NCBI GenBank assembly: GCA_044225395.1
Contig: JBGAIP010000004.1
Location: 15,098-79,097 of the forward strand
DNA from: Gammaproteobacteria bacterium
GTDB lineage: Bacteria; Pseudomonadota; Gammaproteobacteria; UBA6186; Azoamicaceae
DNA length: 64,000 nucleotides
Direction of reading: 5' to 3'
This document shows, in pieces, positions 9,185 through 17,785 of the stretch. The notes beneath the pieces were generated by a model. It was given only the letters and a program-made list of their open reading frames with translations. It had not been told where the DNA came from and did not search any database. Within the stretch, counting starts at the first letter, position 1. Every line of letters starts with the position of its first letter. The position numbers and the translations under genes are program-made.

Positions 9185-9973
9185 CTATAGTAACCCCACT
9201 ATAAGACCTGTGCCTACCAGTAATAGCATTACTGCAACAATTATCTGTACAAAATGCAACGTGACTTTATGTATAAAATACATACCGATCAACGACCCAA
9301 TAAATGCTCCAACTACACCTGCACTAATCGAAGGCAAAAGTTGTTTCTCAGATGTTCTAAAACCATTCATTAAAAATCCCGATCCATAAACAAATAAACG
9401 TGCTGCATCAACGATGACGGATGAAACAACACTAGTAGCTATAAATGCATTTTTTGATAAGCCAGTTCTAATTAAAAATGCTGCTCTTAATGCGCCCTGA
9501 TTTCCGGATAAACCACCTATAAATCCCGATAACAAACCACCAAAAGGTAACCATTTAATAGGTAGAGAAAGAGTTTGTTGAAAACGCTGAGATAATTCTA
9601 ACAATGAAAAAGCTACAATTAAAATTCCAATAACTATTTTGATTGTAGTAATCTCATGCATAGAACTGCCAATATTATAATTTATTAGCGAGGGAAACTG
9701 ATCTATACGATTAAGTATTGCTGCCCCCATCATTGCTGCTATCGCAGCTGGAATACTAAAACGTACTACAACATGCCAATCAGCTTGCTTTGCCATTATA
9801 AAAAACTTGAAAATATTATTAGCAAAATGCACCACTGCTGTAGAAGCAATAGCTAGAGGTAACGGAAAAAAAAGCGCAAATACTGGCATCAAAATTGTGC
9901 CTAACCCAAACCCAGAAAAGAATGTCAATCCTGAAGCAACTAGTGCAATAGAGCCTATTAGTATGGGTTCCAT
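9185..9973 (-). CDS. TauE/SafE (TSUP) family anion exporter membrane protein
   Basis: 262-aa polytopic membrane protein with two-fold internal symmetry and the Gly-rich helices typical of TSUP. Confidence 0.75.
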   Translation of the reverse strand: MEPILIGSIALVASGLTFFSGFGLGTILMPVFALFFPLPLAIASTAVVHFANNIFKFFIMAKQADWHVVVRFSIPAAIAAMMGAAILNRIDQFPSLINYNIGSSMHEITTIKIVIGILIVAFSLLELSQRFQQTLSLPIKWLPFGGLLSGFIGGLSGNQGALRAAFLIRTGLSKNAFIATSVVSSVIVDAARLFVYGSGFLMNGFRTSEKQLLPSISAGVVGAFIGSLIGMYFIHKVTLHFVQIIVAVMLLLVGTGLIVGLL

Positions 9974-10162
9974 ACTTTTCCTTCAATATAAAAGATTGCA
10001 TTGTCGTCTAAATCTAAAATAAAATATCAGATATAGATTTCAGTTTTTTTCCAAATAAAGGTTCTTTTAGTATAGAAGAAAAATAAAGCCCCAAAGAGCA
10101 ATATAGGTCAACATTTATTGCTATACTTAAACTCAATACAACGCCATTGAGGATGCCTTCGA

Positions 10163-11053
10163 ATGACCCCGTTGATTTTCAATCTATTTGGCAATCATCT
10201 GTTGGTGGAAAACATTTCGAAGCAATTAGATTGTAAAATTGGAAATATAACCATACGAAATTTTCCCGATCAAGAAACCTACTTAAAAATTAATGATATC
10301 GTTCAAAATAGAGATATTATCATTATTGATAGCTTAGACCGACCAAATGAAAAAATCTTACCCTTATTATTTTTAGGTGAAATAATAAGAGAATTAGGTG
10401 CAAAACGCATTGGTTTGGTTGCACCCTATTTGGCCTATATGCGACAAGATAAGCGTTTTAATACGGGAGAGGCCGTCACTTCTCAATATTTTTCCAAACT
10501 CATATCTCAATATTTCGATTGGCTACTCACTGTTGATCCGCATTTGCATCGTTATCATGAGCTGGGTGAAATTTATAAAATTAAAACCTCAGTTATTCAA
10601 GCTGCACCACAAATTTCAAATTGGATTATTCAAAATGTAAAAGTGCCATTGCTTATTGGACCAGATATGGAAAGTGAGCAATGGGTATCTGAAATCGCAA
10701 AAGCATCGAATGCACCATATGTCATATTAAAAAAAACCAGAAGAGGGGATCAGGACGTAGAGGTACTACTTCCAAAAATTAAAAAATATGACAATTATGA
10801 ACCCGTTCTCATTGATGACATTATATCTACAGGTTACACGATGCTTGAAACCATTAAACAGTTAAATAATGCAAAAATGCCTCCGCCAATTTGCATAGGC
10901 GTACATGCAGTCTTTGCAGAAAATGCTTATGAACAATTACAACGTGCTGACGTTAAAAAAATTGTAACCTGCAACACGATTAACCATGTTAGCAATGGCA
11001 TTGATCTCTCTGTTATGATAAGCAAAACAATTCAAGAAAAAATGCTTCCTTGA
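10163..11053 (+). CDS. Ribose-phosphate pyrophosphokinase-family protein (divergent Prs-like)
   Basis: PRPP-binding loop VLIDDIISTGYTM. TVDPHLH replaces the canonical DLHA.QIQGFF. 296 aa. Confidence 0.7.
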   Translation: MTPLIFNLFGNHLLVENISKQLDCKIGNITIRNFPDQETYLKINDIVQNRDIIIIDSLDRPNEKILPLLFLGEIIRELGAKRIGLVAPYLAYMRQDKRFNTGEAVTSQYFSKLISQYFDWLLTVDPHLHRYHELGEIYKIKTSVIQAAPQISNWIIQNVKVPLLIGPDMESEQWVSEIAKASNAPYVILKKTRRGDQDVEVLLPKIKKYDNYEPVLIDDIISTGYTMLETIKQLNNAKMPPPICIGVHAVFAENAYEQLQRADVKKIVTCNTINHVSNGIDLSVMISKTIQEKMLP

Positions 11054-11054
11054 A

Positions 11055-11675
11055 CTATAGGTGATAAACAGTCGCCTCTAAATTCTCTACAAAAGTCATA
11101 TCATGACTCGACAATAGCACGATATACCCTTCTTGTTTTAACTGATGCAGATGTTCTAACAACTCTACTCGTAAACCAGTATCTAAAGCAGAAGTCGGTT
11201 CGTCCATACAAATAATTTTAGGTTGAATAGCTGTTGCACGCGCAATGGCGAGTCGCTGCTTTTGACCGCCTGATAATTGGCCGGGATATAACTTAGCTTG
11301 TTCTTTTAAGTGATATTTTTCTAATAATTTCCAAGAAAGTGTTTCTGCAACCTCTTTGGGAAGATGCTTGCTGTATTTTAACCCAATAGAAACGTTTTCT
11401 AATACAGTCAGATTATTAAACGATTCAAACCCTTGAAACACCAATGTCATTAAATGTTTTTTATGTAGATCATCTGGGTGTATAGCCTGATTATCGAAAA
11501 ATATTTCGCCAGAATCTAATGATTCTAGATTGTTTAACACCCTAAATAAAGTTGATTTTCCACAACCCGAGGGTCCTAGAAATACACCAATAGAACCATA
11601 AGGCTGCTCAAAACTAATATCTTTTAATATGACTTTATTTTGAAACGATTTACAAAGCTTTTTAACGACTAGCAT
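11055..11675 (-). CDS. Amino-acid ABC transporter ATP-binding protein
   Basis: Walker A GPSGCGKST, signature LSGGQKQR, Walker B ICMDEPTSALD. Confidence 0.9.
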   Translation of the reverse strand: MLVVKKLCKSFQNKVILKDISFEQPYGSIGVFLGPSGCGKSTLFRVLNNLESLDSGEIFFDNQAIHPDDLHKKHLMTLVFQGFESFNNLTVLENVSIGLKYSKHLPKEVAETLSWKLLEKYHLKEQAKLYPGQLSGGQKQRLAIARATAIQPKIICMDEPTSALDTGLRVELLEHLHQLKQEGYIVLLSSHDMTFVENLEATVYHL

Positions 11676-12333
11676 GTGTATTTATCCTTTTTTCTAGATA
11701 TAAAAATAAAGCAGATAAACTTAAAGTCATTATTAAATATAATATAACAACCATGGTATAACTACTGATAGCATCGTAGGTTTTATGCATGATAAGTTCA
11801 CCCTGCTTAGACAATTCAAACACACCAATGACGGAAGCCAAACTGGAATCTTTCACCAATGTAATAAATTCGTTACTCAGTGTTGGCAAACTGATTCTAA
11901 ATGCTTGTGGCAATATAATGAGACGCAGGGTTTGCAAATTCGACAACCCAATGACTTTAGCCGCCTCGTATTGATTTTTACTGATCGCCGCAATACCAGA
12001 ACGTATTATATTTGTAATATATGCCCCACTGTTTAAGCCAATGGCTAAAACTGCCGTCCAAAATGCGGGGATATGAATATTGATACTGGGCAACACAAAA
12101 AATAAAAATAGGATTTGAACTAACATGGGTGTGCCACGAATTAAATTGACATAAAGATAGACAATAGTCTTAACGACAGGGTGACTTTTGAATAATAAAA
12201 CAGCTGAGACCAGTCCTACTATTAAACCAATGAGGCAACCTAAGCTAGCAATGGATATGCTAATGCAAGCGCCTTTTAAGAGTTGTGGACCATATTCGGT
12301 TATAAACTGACTATTTATCATGTCAAACCCCAT
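11662..12333 (-). CDS. Amino-acid ABC transporter permease (His/Glu/Gln/Arg/opine family)
   Basis: 223-aa membrane protein with the EAA-type loop AAKVIGLSNLQTLRLIILPQA. Overlaps both neighbouring genes. Confidence 0.88.
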   Translation of the reverse strand: MGFDMINSQFITEYGPQLLKGACISISIASLGCLIGLIVGLVSAVLLFKSHPVVKTIVYLYVNLIRGTPMLVQILFLFFVLPSINIHIPAFWTAVLAIGLNSGAYITNIIRSGIAAISKNQYEAAKVIGLSNLQTLRLIILPQAFRISLPTLSNEFITLVKDSSLASVIGVFELSKQGELIMHKTYDAISSYTMVVILYLIMTLSLSALFLYLEKRINTHASR

Positions 12334-13055
12334 TTGGCTTTTAATTTACCAAGTGTGCCATCTTTGATTAATTCTAATAATGCGTTTTTTAGTTTTTCAT
12401 ATAGTTCTGGCTTGTCTTTGGCAACTGCCAAACACGATGTATCACCCGTATTTTCAATTGTAAATAAATTGTAATCCTTGGCTTTAGGACTATTATCTAA
12501 AAACGATTTTAACGGGTTTTTAGCACTCACAAATGCAAATGCGCGTTTTGAATCTAAGGCCACCAATGCATCTGAAGGGGATTTTAAATACATTAAATGA
12601 ACCTCTGGAAATTTTTCCATATAAACCGCTGCTGTATAGCCATCATTCACAACAACATCTTTACCAACAAGATCGGGGATCCCTTTGGTTAATACAACAT
12701 TCTTCGTTAAAATCACAAAAGGATCTGCGTTTGCATCTAAATGTGGTGGCAAAAACAAAACTTGTTTCTTTCGTTCTTCGGATTCTGTTAAACCAGCTGC
12801 AATCACATCAATACGCCCCAGCTGAATAGCCGATAAAATGGTTTTGAAAGGCATATCAATAATTTCAATAGGGTAGTTTAAACGCTTTGCGATTTCTTGT
12901 ATAAGCTCAATATCAAAACCTGTATGTTTCCCATTTTCCATAAATGAAAAAGGCGGAAAATCGGAACTGGTTCCTACACGAATAACTGGGTTTTGTTCAG
13001 CAATGGCCATTGTAGAAAAAAATACTGTACTGATAAATAAGATTAATTTTATCAT
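12318..13055 (-). CDS. Amino-acid ABC transporter periplasmic substrate-binding protein
   Basis: Signal peptide MIKLILFISTVFFSTMAIA. Family-3 SBP pattern (GFDIELIQEIAKRL, KWGL C-terminus). Confidence 0.85.
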   Translation of the reverse strand: MIKLILFISTVFFSTMAIAEQNPVIRVGTSSDFPPFSFMENGKHTGFDIELIQEIAKRLNYPIEIIDMPFKTILSAIQLGRIDVIAAGLTESEERKKQVLFLPPHLDANADPFVILTKNVVLTKGIPDLVGKDVVVNDGYTAAVYMEKFPEVHLMYLKSPSDALVALDSKRAFAFVSAKNPLKSFLDNSPKAKDYNLFTIENTGDTSCLAVAKDKPELYEKLKNALLELIKDGTLGKLKAKWGLT

Positions 13056-13057
13056 GA

Positions 13058-13528
13058 TTAGGCTACCCCTGTTTTACTTAATTTAAAGTGCGTTATGCGA
13101 CAAATTGTCTTATGAAATTCTTTAATGGGTATCTTTGCTTCTGGCGTAACAAACACTATGTTTTCGCCAGCCAATGTACCTAAAATGCCATGCTCTTCAA
13201 AAGCATCTAAATAATCGCCCACAAAAGCTGCTAACGCCGGTGAAGTCTTAATAACGACCATATAATCGTTATGACTAATATCACGTATCGCTAATGCCAA
13301 TATTTCTAATTGGACATCACGATTGGGTACCTCGTATACACTTTTGCCTTGTATTAAAGTTTTGGTTATCCCTAAGTGACGCAAGTCTCTAGAGATAATC
13401 GCTTGGTTTGTTTTAATCGCGTAATGCTTATCTAATCGGCTTGATAAGGTTTGTTGATCTTCGATCACATACTGCTGTATCAGCGCTTTAATAGCAGCAT
13501 ATCTTTTCTGGATCCCACTGGACTTCAT
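13058..13528 (-). CDS. argR: Arginine repressor ArgR
   Basis: N-terminal winged helix ..NQAIISRDLRHLGITK. C-terminal oligomerisation domain GTLAGENIVFV. Lies upstream of the amino-acid ABC genes. Confidence 0.85.
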   Translation of the reverse strand: MKSSGIQKRYAAIKALIQQYVIEDQQTLSSRLDKHYAIKTNQAIISRDLRHLGITKTLIQGKSVYEVPNRDVQLEILALAIRDISHNDYMVVIKTSPALAAFVGDYLDAFEEHGILGTLAGENIVFVTPEAKIPIKEFHKTICRITHFKLSKTGVA

Positions 13529-13542
13529 TACCTTACCCCCTG

Positions 13543-13582
13543 AAAGAATAAATATTCACACTGAATTGAATAATAATTCAAG
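13543..13582. promoter_or_regulatory. Tandem ARG boxes (putative ArgR autoregulatory operator)
   Basis: AGAAT-AAAT-ATTCA (13545-13558) and TGAAT-AATA-ATTCA (13567-13580) fit the TGAAT-N4-ATTCA core. They sit 17-52 nt upstream of the argR start with 22-bp spacing. Confidence 0.6.
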
Positions 13583-13731
13583 CCCGGGATTTATTCAACT
13601 GGTTATATATATAGCTAATCATTTTTAACAAAAATGCATATACACTCCGCTAAATACCCGATTTACAACATTGAAAAAGGGGAATAATATGCAGATATTC
13701 TAATTTAATTCAGATATAAGGGACTAAAAAT

Positions 13732-14421
13732 ATGAGAATCATGCTTACGGATATTACGAATCAATTTGTACTGCCCCTCTGGAATGAACAAGCGCTAGAG
13801 GTTGTTGATTGCTTTGTCTCCCCTGCTGCGGATATTCAAACCACTTTTTTGGTTGGACAGGGCCCGGAGGTACTCAAAAATTATGTTAAACAAATTTTTA
13901 ATGCTTTTTCGAGTTTTGAGTTTAACATTCAAGAAACGCTAGAACTGGATAGTCAATTAATTTATAAATGGCGCGGGAAAGCCATTCATAGTGGTCCTGT
14001 TTTAAATGTGACACCCAATGGTGAAAAAATCGTTTTTTCCGGGATTATTTCAGTCGAAATGGCTGAAGGTGTAATTACAAGTTACCATAGCTTTTCAGAT
14101 ATCCCCAGGGTTATTGCTACGGCTACTTCAGTACCGATCACAGAACAATTTCCCGATCTTTTTTCGTTTGATAAAGAAGAGGTAATTGTAACGCTTAAAA
14201 ATATTACCGGAAGACGATTAACCAATCGAGAAGTAGAATGTTTAAGTTTGTGGATGAAAGGATTTGCGATTAAAGATACGGCCAAGTTGCTAGGAGATTT
14301 ATCCTGTAGAACCGTCCAGACGTTTAGAGAAAATATTAAACGAAAATTGAACGTCGATACCTATCAACAATTGTTTAGCTTAGTTCAAGAGAGTGGGAAA
14401 ATGAGCGTTCTGGTCGATTAA
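13732..14421 (+). CDS. LuxR-family transcriptional regulator with N-terminal SnoaL/ester-cyclase-like domain
   Basis: C-terminal HTH is LTNREVECLSLWMKGFAIKDTAKLLGDLSCRTVQTFRENIKRKL. The N-terminal ~140 aa resemble predicted ester cyclases. Confidence 0.75.
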   Translation: MRIMLTDITNQFVLPLWNEQALEVVDCFVSPAADIQTTFLVGQGPEVLKNYVKQIFNAFSSFEFNIQETLELDSQLIYKWRGKAIHSGPVLNVTPNGEKIVFSGIISVEMAEGVITSYHSFSDIPRVIATATSVPITEQFPDLFSFDKEEVIVTLKNITGRRLTNREVECLSLWMKGFAIKDTAKLLGDLSCRTVQTFRENIKRKLNVDTYQQLFSLVQESGKMSVLVD

Positions 14422-14464
14422 ATAACCCTTAAGAAATTGTATATATACACTTAAATGAAAATAA

Positions 14465-14494
14465 TTGACAAGTTAGACGGCATTATGATTAAAT
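14465..14494 (+). promoter_or_regulatory. Candidate sigma70 promoter for the UIM-protein gene
   Basis: TTGACA (14465-14470), 18-nt spacer, TG-n-TTAAAT (14489-14494). GAGGAG RBS precedes ATG 14552. Confidence 0.3.
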
Positions 14495-14551
14495 GCCGAG
14501 CAATAACGATTACTAATTGAATGTTTAAATATAAAGATTGAGGAGATTGCC

Positions 14552-15511
14552 ATGAATTACAAACAATTAGCGCTGGGCTTAGAAGAATTAAATGACGTCT
14601 TGTTGTCCAATGCTGTCGTCGTAGACCCTGTCTATTTTCCGGAATATGCTAATGATCAAGTCATCGACCAAGCATATGATGTTTTTCCTGGCAGTTTTGT
14701 TCGGGAAGCCATAGCAAGGAATAACAGAGAAATTGATCAATATGGAACAAATGCAGTTCATTATGATTATGATGAGAGAGGAGAAATTTGTGTTCTAAAA
14801 ACATTGTCCAAAAAAAATCAATTTAAAAATTCATTTAGACAAGATGTAATCTTAGCTCAGGAAAACATGAGAAACTATACACAATACACCTTATTTAGAA
14901 ATGTATTTCTTCTTTCTGCGCTATTTGAAATTCAAAATGGTGACCTTGAAGAATTTTTTGAAAATGGTGAACCAAAAGAACACACACAAACACTCTTGAG
15001 CCTATTTGACACTAGCAATAGGGATACTTATCTGCCGATGGGCGACGGAGAATATAGTGAAGCTGAAAAGACGTTATATAAAATACAAAACAATGAGCAA
15101 ACGGGATTATCTAAAAAAATGCTTGAAGATTTAGAACGTTTCGGTGTTTTAGAAAAACAGAAAGTAACCCCAGCAGAACTTCAAGCAATAAAAGAACGCG
15201 ATGTAGCCGAACAAATCGATTTCGCTATCGGTTTATCTTTAGCTGATGAAGCTGAAATCGAACATAAATTAACACAAGAAGAGCGTGAAGCAGCTGAAGA
15301 ACTTGATCTCGCTATCAGTTTATCTTTGGCTGAAACAGATGACAGAGATAAAAATTTACTGGAAGAAGACGATGATCTCGAATTGTTGGCAACGGCACAA
15401 ATGTTACCTGAAGAAGAGCTTATTGCACAACAAACTTTGTTACTGGCTTTTAGACAACAACGTGGAGACAGAGCACCTTCACCAAATCCATATCCAAGAC
15501 CTGGATTTTAA
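14552..15511 (+). CDS. Hypothetical acidic protein with two tandem ubiquitin-interacting motifs (effector-like)
   Basis: UIM pattern (acidic)-hydrophobic-x-x-A-x-x-x-S-x-x-(acidic) occurs twice: EQIDFAIGLSLADEAE (15209-15256) and EAAEELDLAISLSLAETDD (15287-15343). Confidence 0.7.
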   Translation: MNYKQLALGLEELNDVLLSNAVVVDPVYFPEYANDQVIDQAYDVFPGSFVREAIARNNREIDQYGTNAVHYDYDERGEICVLKTLSKKNQFKNSFRQDVILAQENMRNYTQYTLFRNVFLLSALFEIQNGDLEEFFENGEPKEHTQTLLSLFDTSNRDTYLPMGDGEYSEAEKTLYKIQNNEQTGLSKKMLEDLERFGVLEKQKVTPAELQAIKERDVAEQIDFAIGLSLADEAEIEHKLTQEEREAAEELDLAISLSLAETDDRDKNLLEEDDDLELLATAQMLPEEELIAQQTLLLAFRQQRGDRAPSPNPYPRPGF

Positions 15512-15640
15512 GAGGATTGATTAACAACTGTTTTTAAATATTGTTTAAATTCAGTTTACTTGCATGTTGCAGGCCATGCGCGACGATGGCCTGCAAATAA
15601 CCTAGTTTTGTACCACATCGTAACGTAAAACCCGAAAATG

Positions 15641-16402
15641 CTAATGCATAGACAGATTGTTGTGCAATAGTGCTTGAATGGCATCTGTTAATTGAATTTC
15701 GCCATTTGCACCTAACGTCTTTTTCTCAAGCGCTTCAAATATTTCGGGCATTAAGATATATCTTCCCACAACACCTAAACGACTGGGTGCATCTGCCATT
15801 TTGGGTTTTTCGACAATGGCATTGATTTTGCCAAAGTTATTAAAAGACTTATCGATACCCACCACACCATACTTTGAGCTATCCTCTGGCTTGATAGTTT
15901 CTACGGCAACAATAGAGGTTGAAACTTCTTCAAATTTCGTTACCATTTGTTTTAAACAGGGCAGGTTATTTTCGTTACTCATTAAATCATCTGCCAACAA
16001 AACAGCAAAAGGCTCGTTGCCCACCACTTGTTTAGCGCATAAAATGGCATGCCCTAATCCCAAAGCTTCTGGTTGACGAATATAAACACAAGAAATGCCC
16101 TCGGGCAATACACCTCTAACAATGTCCAACAATGCATTTTTTCCATCTGCTTTCAAGCGCGCTTCTAGTTCGAAGTTACTATCGAAATGATCTTCAATGG
16201 CACGCTTGCTACTGCTGGTTACAAAAATTAATTCTCGGACGCCCGCCTTAATGGCCTCTTCTACTGCATACTGAATTAAAGGTTTATCAACCACTGGCAT
16301 CATTTCTTTAGGATTTGCCTTTGTCGCAGGCAAGAACCGCGTTCCCATGCCCGCAACGGGAAATACTGCTTTTCGAATAATAGATTTCTTTAGATTATTC
16401 AT
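15641..16402 (-). CDS. galU: UTP--glucose-1-phosphate uridylyltransferase GalU; apparent frameshift truncates the last ~40 codons
   Basis: N-terminus VFPVAGMGTRFLPATKANPKEM. The ORF stops at ..LLHNNLSMH. The conserved tail QSVYALAFSGFTLRCGTKLGYLQAIVAHGLQH continues in another frame down to the stop at 15534-15536. Confidence 0.85.
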   Translation of the reverse strand: MNNLKKSIIRKAVFPVAGMGTRFLPATKANPKEMMPVVDKPLIQYAVEEAIKAGVRELIFVTSSSKRAIEDHFDSNFELEARLKADGKNALLDIVRGVLPEGISCVYIRQPEALGLGHAILCAKQVVGNEPFAVLLADDLMSNENNLPCLKQMVTKFEEVSTSIVAVETIKPEDSSKYGVVGIDKSFNNFGKINAIVEKPKMADAPSRLGVVGRYILMPEIFEALEKKTLGANGEIQLTDAIQALLHNNLSMH

Positions 16403-17528
16403 GAATTGGTTTTATGACATCCCATCGTTTGCAACTTGGACATTGCCATTGTAATGTCCTACCGGAAAAACCGCAAGATTGGCAACGATATAAAGGTTTA
16501 TTGGTCAACATTTGCTCAATCAGTTCTTGAAACAACATTAAGTCTTGTTGCACCGAACCATCGGCACGCACAAGGCTAAATTGTACGAGTCGACTGAGCC
16601 CACGTAATGAAGGATTTTTTCGTAAATGTTGAATAACAAATCGCATCGCTTCAGACTCACCTTTACTTTTATGCAACCATTCTGCAAAAGCTAAAACAGC
16701 AGAAGTGGTGAGATGTTTTTGTAGATTTTCATCAAAATATTTGATCATGCTTTCTGAGTCGTTAAGACTTTCGTAACAACGCGCTAATGGCAATACCATT
16801 TCAGATAAAAAAGCTTCATCTTGTTTTTGTATTTGCTTATAGGCTTTAATGGCCTGCTTATAACGGCCCGCTTGTGCTTCAATATTGCCTAATAACAAAC
16901 TGGCTCGCACACAACGCTTATTGGTCTCTAATGCCTTTTTTAGATGTTGACAAGCATCCGATTGCTCACCTTTGATCCACTGCTGCTCTGCAAGCTCGCA
17001 ATAGAAATGTGCAATATGATAACTCATATTGCGACCGGTTTTGGTATGCCATTGTTGTGCGGTTAAAATGGCTCTTTGCCAATCTTTGCTCTGCTGGTAA
17101 ATATCTAAGAGGCCCTGAAACCCAGCATCGAGTTCGAACCCTTGTTCAATCAGATCCAATAAAACACTTTCTGCCCGATCTAATACACCTGCTCGCATAT
17201 AATCGCGACTTAATTCTAACAGCGACAAGGCTCGCTGTTCTTCTGTTAATGATGGTTTTGCGATTAATTGTTCGTGAATACCGATAGCCTTATCGACTTC
17301 ACCTCTCCGTCTAAATAGCCCTCCCAGTGCTAAATGGGTTTCTACCGCTTCTTGATTAGAATCCATGAGCTGAACTAATACATCAACGGCTTTTTTATTT
17401 GAAGAATTATCGAGCAGTTTATTGAAACCAGCGAGCCTTTGGATAGCACGCCGCATATTCGCACGCCGGCCAATCAGCCAACCGGAAAATGCTGCCAAAG
17501 GTAACAATAAAAATAACAGTTCCCACAT
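16395..17528 (-). CDS. lapB: Lipopolysaccharide assembly protein LapB (YciM)
   Basis: MWELLFLLLPLAAFSGWLIGRR membrane anchor, TPR repeats, C-terminal rubredoxin-like CQSCGF..WQCPSCKRW. Confidence 0.9.
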   Translation of the reverse strand: MWELLFLLLPLAAFSGWLIGRRANMRRAIQRLAGFNKLLDNSSNKKAVDVLVQLMDSNQEAVETHLALGGLFRRRGEVDKAIGIHEQLIAKPSLTEEQRALSLLELSRDYMRAGVLDRAESVLLDLIEQGFELDAGFQGLLDIYQQSKDWQRAILTAQQWHTKTGRNMSYHIAHFYCELAEQQWIKGEQSDACQHLKKALETNKRCVRASLLLGNIEAQAGRYKQAIKAYKQIQKQDEAFLSEMVLPLARCYESLNDSESMIKYFDENLQKHLTTSAVLAFAEWLHKSKGESEAMRFVIQHLRKNPSLRGLSRLVQFSLVRADGSVQQDLMLFQELIEQMLTNKPLYRCQSCGFSGRTLQWQCPSCKRWDVIKPIHE

Positions 17529-17533
17529 GTGAA

Positions 17534-17770
17534 TCAACCATGGGCGCGATGTTGACGCCGCAATTCCATTTTCAAGCCTATGATTTTAAAAGCAGATACC
17601 AATAGTCCGATAATAACACCGAAAATCCATGCGCCTAAAATTAAAACCGACAAAGGAACGCTTTTTGTGCCTACATAATAATGCACAGTCACAGGTTCGG
17701 CGTTCAATATGGCAAAACTAACCCCAAGCAAAACCGCAAACGTTAATGTGATAATGCTTAGTAGGCGCAT
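17534..17770 (-). CDS. lapA: Lipopolysaccharide assembly protein LapA (YciS, DUF1049)
   Basis: 78-aa two-TM protein immediately upstream of lapB. Confidence 0.8.
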   Translation of the reverse strand: MRLLSIITLTFAVLLGVSFAILNAEPVTVHYYVGTKSVPLSVLILGAWIFGVIIGLLVSAFKIIGLKMELRRQHRAHG

Positions 17771-17785
17771 GTTGATTCTTACTCC

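Noticed and set aside
15567-15596. Strong hairpin (11-bp stem) that looks like an intergenic bidirectional terminator between the UIM gene and galU
   Set aside because: It is not purely intergenic. It encodes the conserved LQAIVAHGLQ segment of the frameshifted galU tail. It is therefore reported under the galU finding rather than as a terminator.
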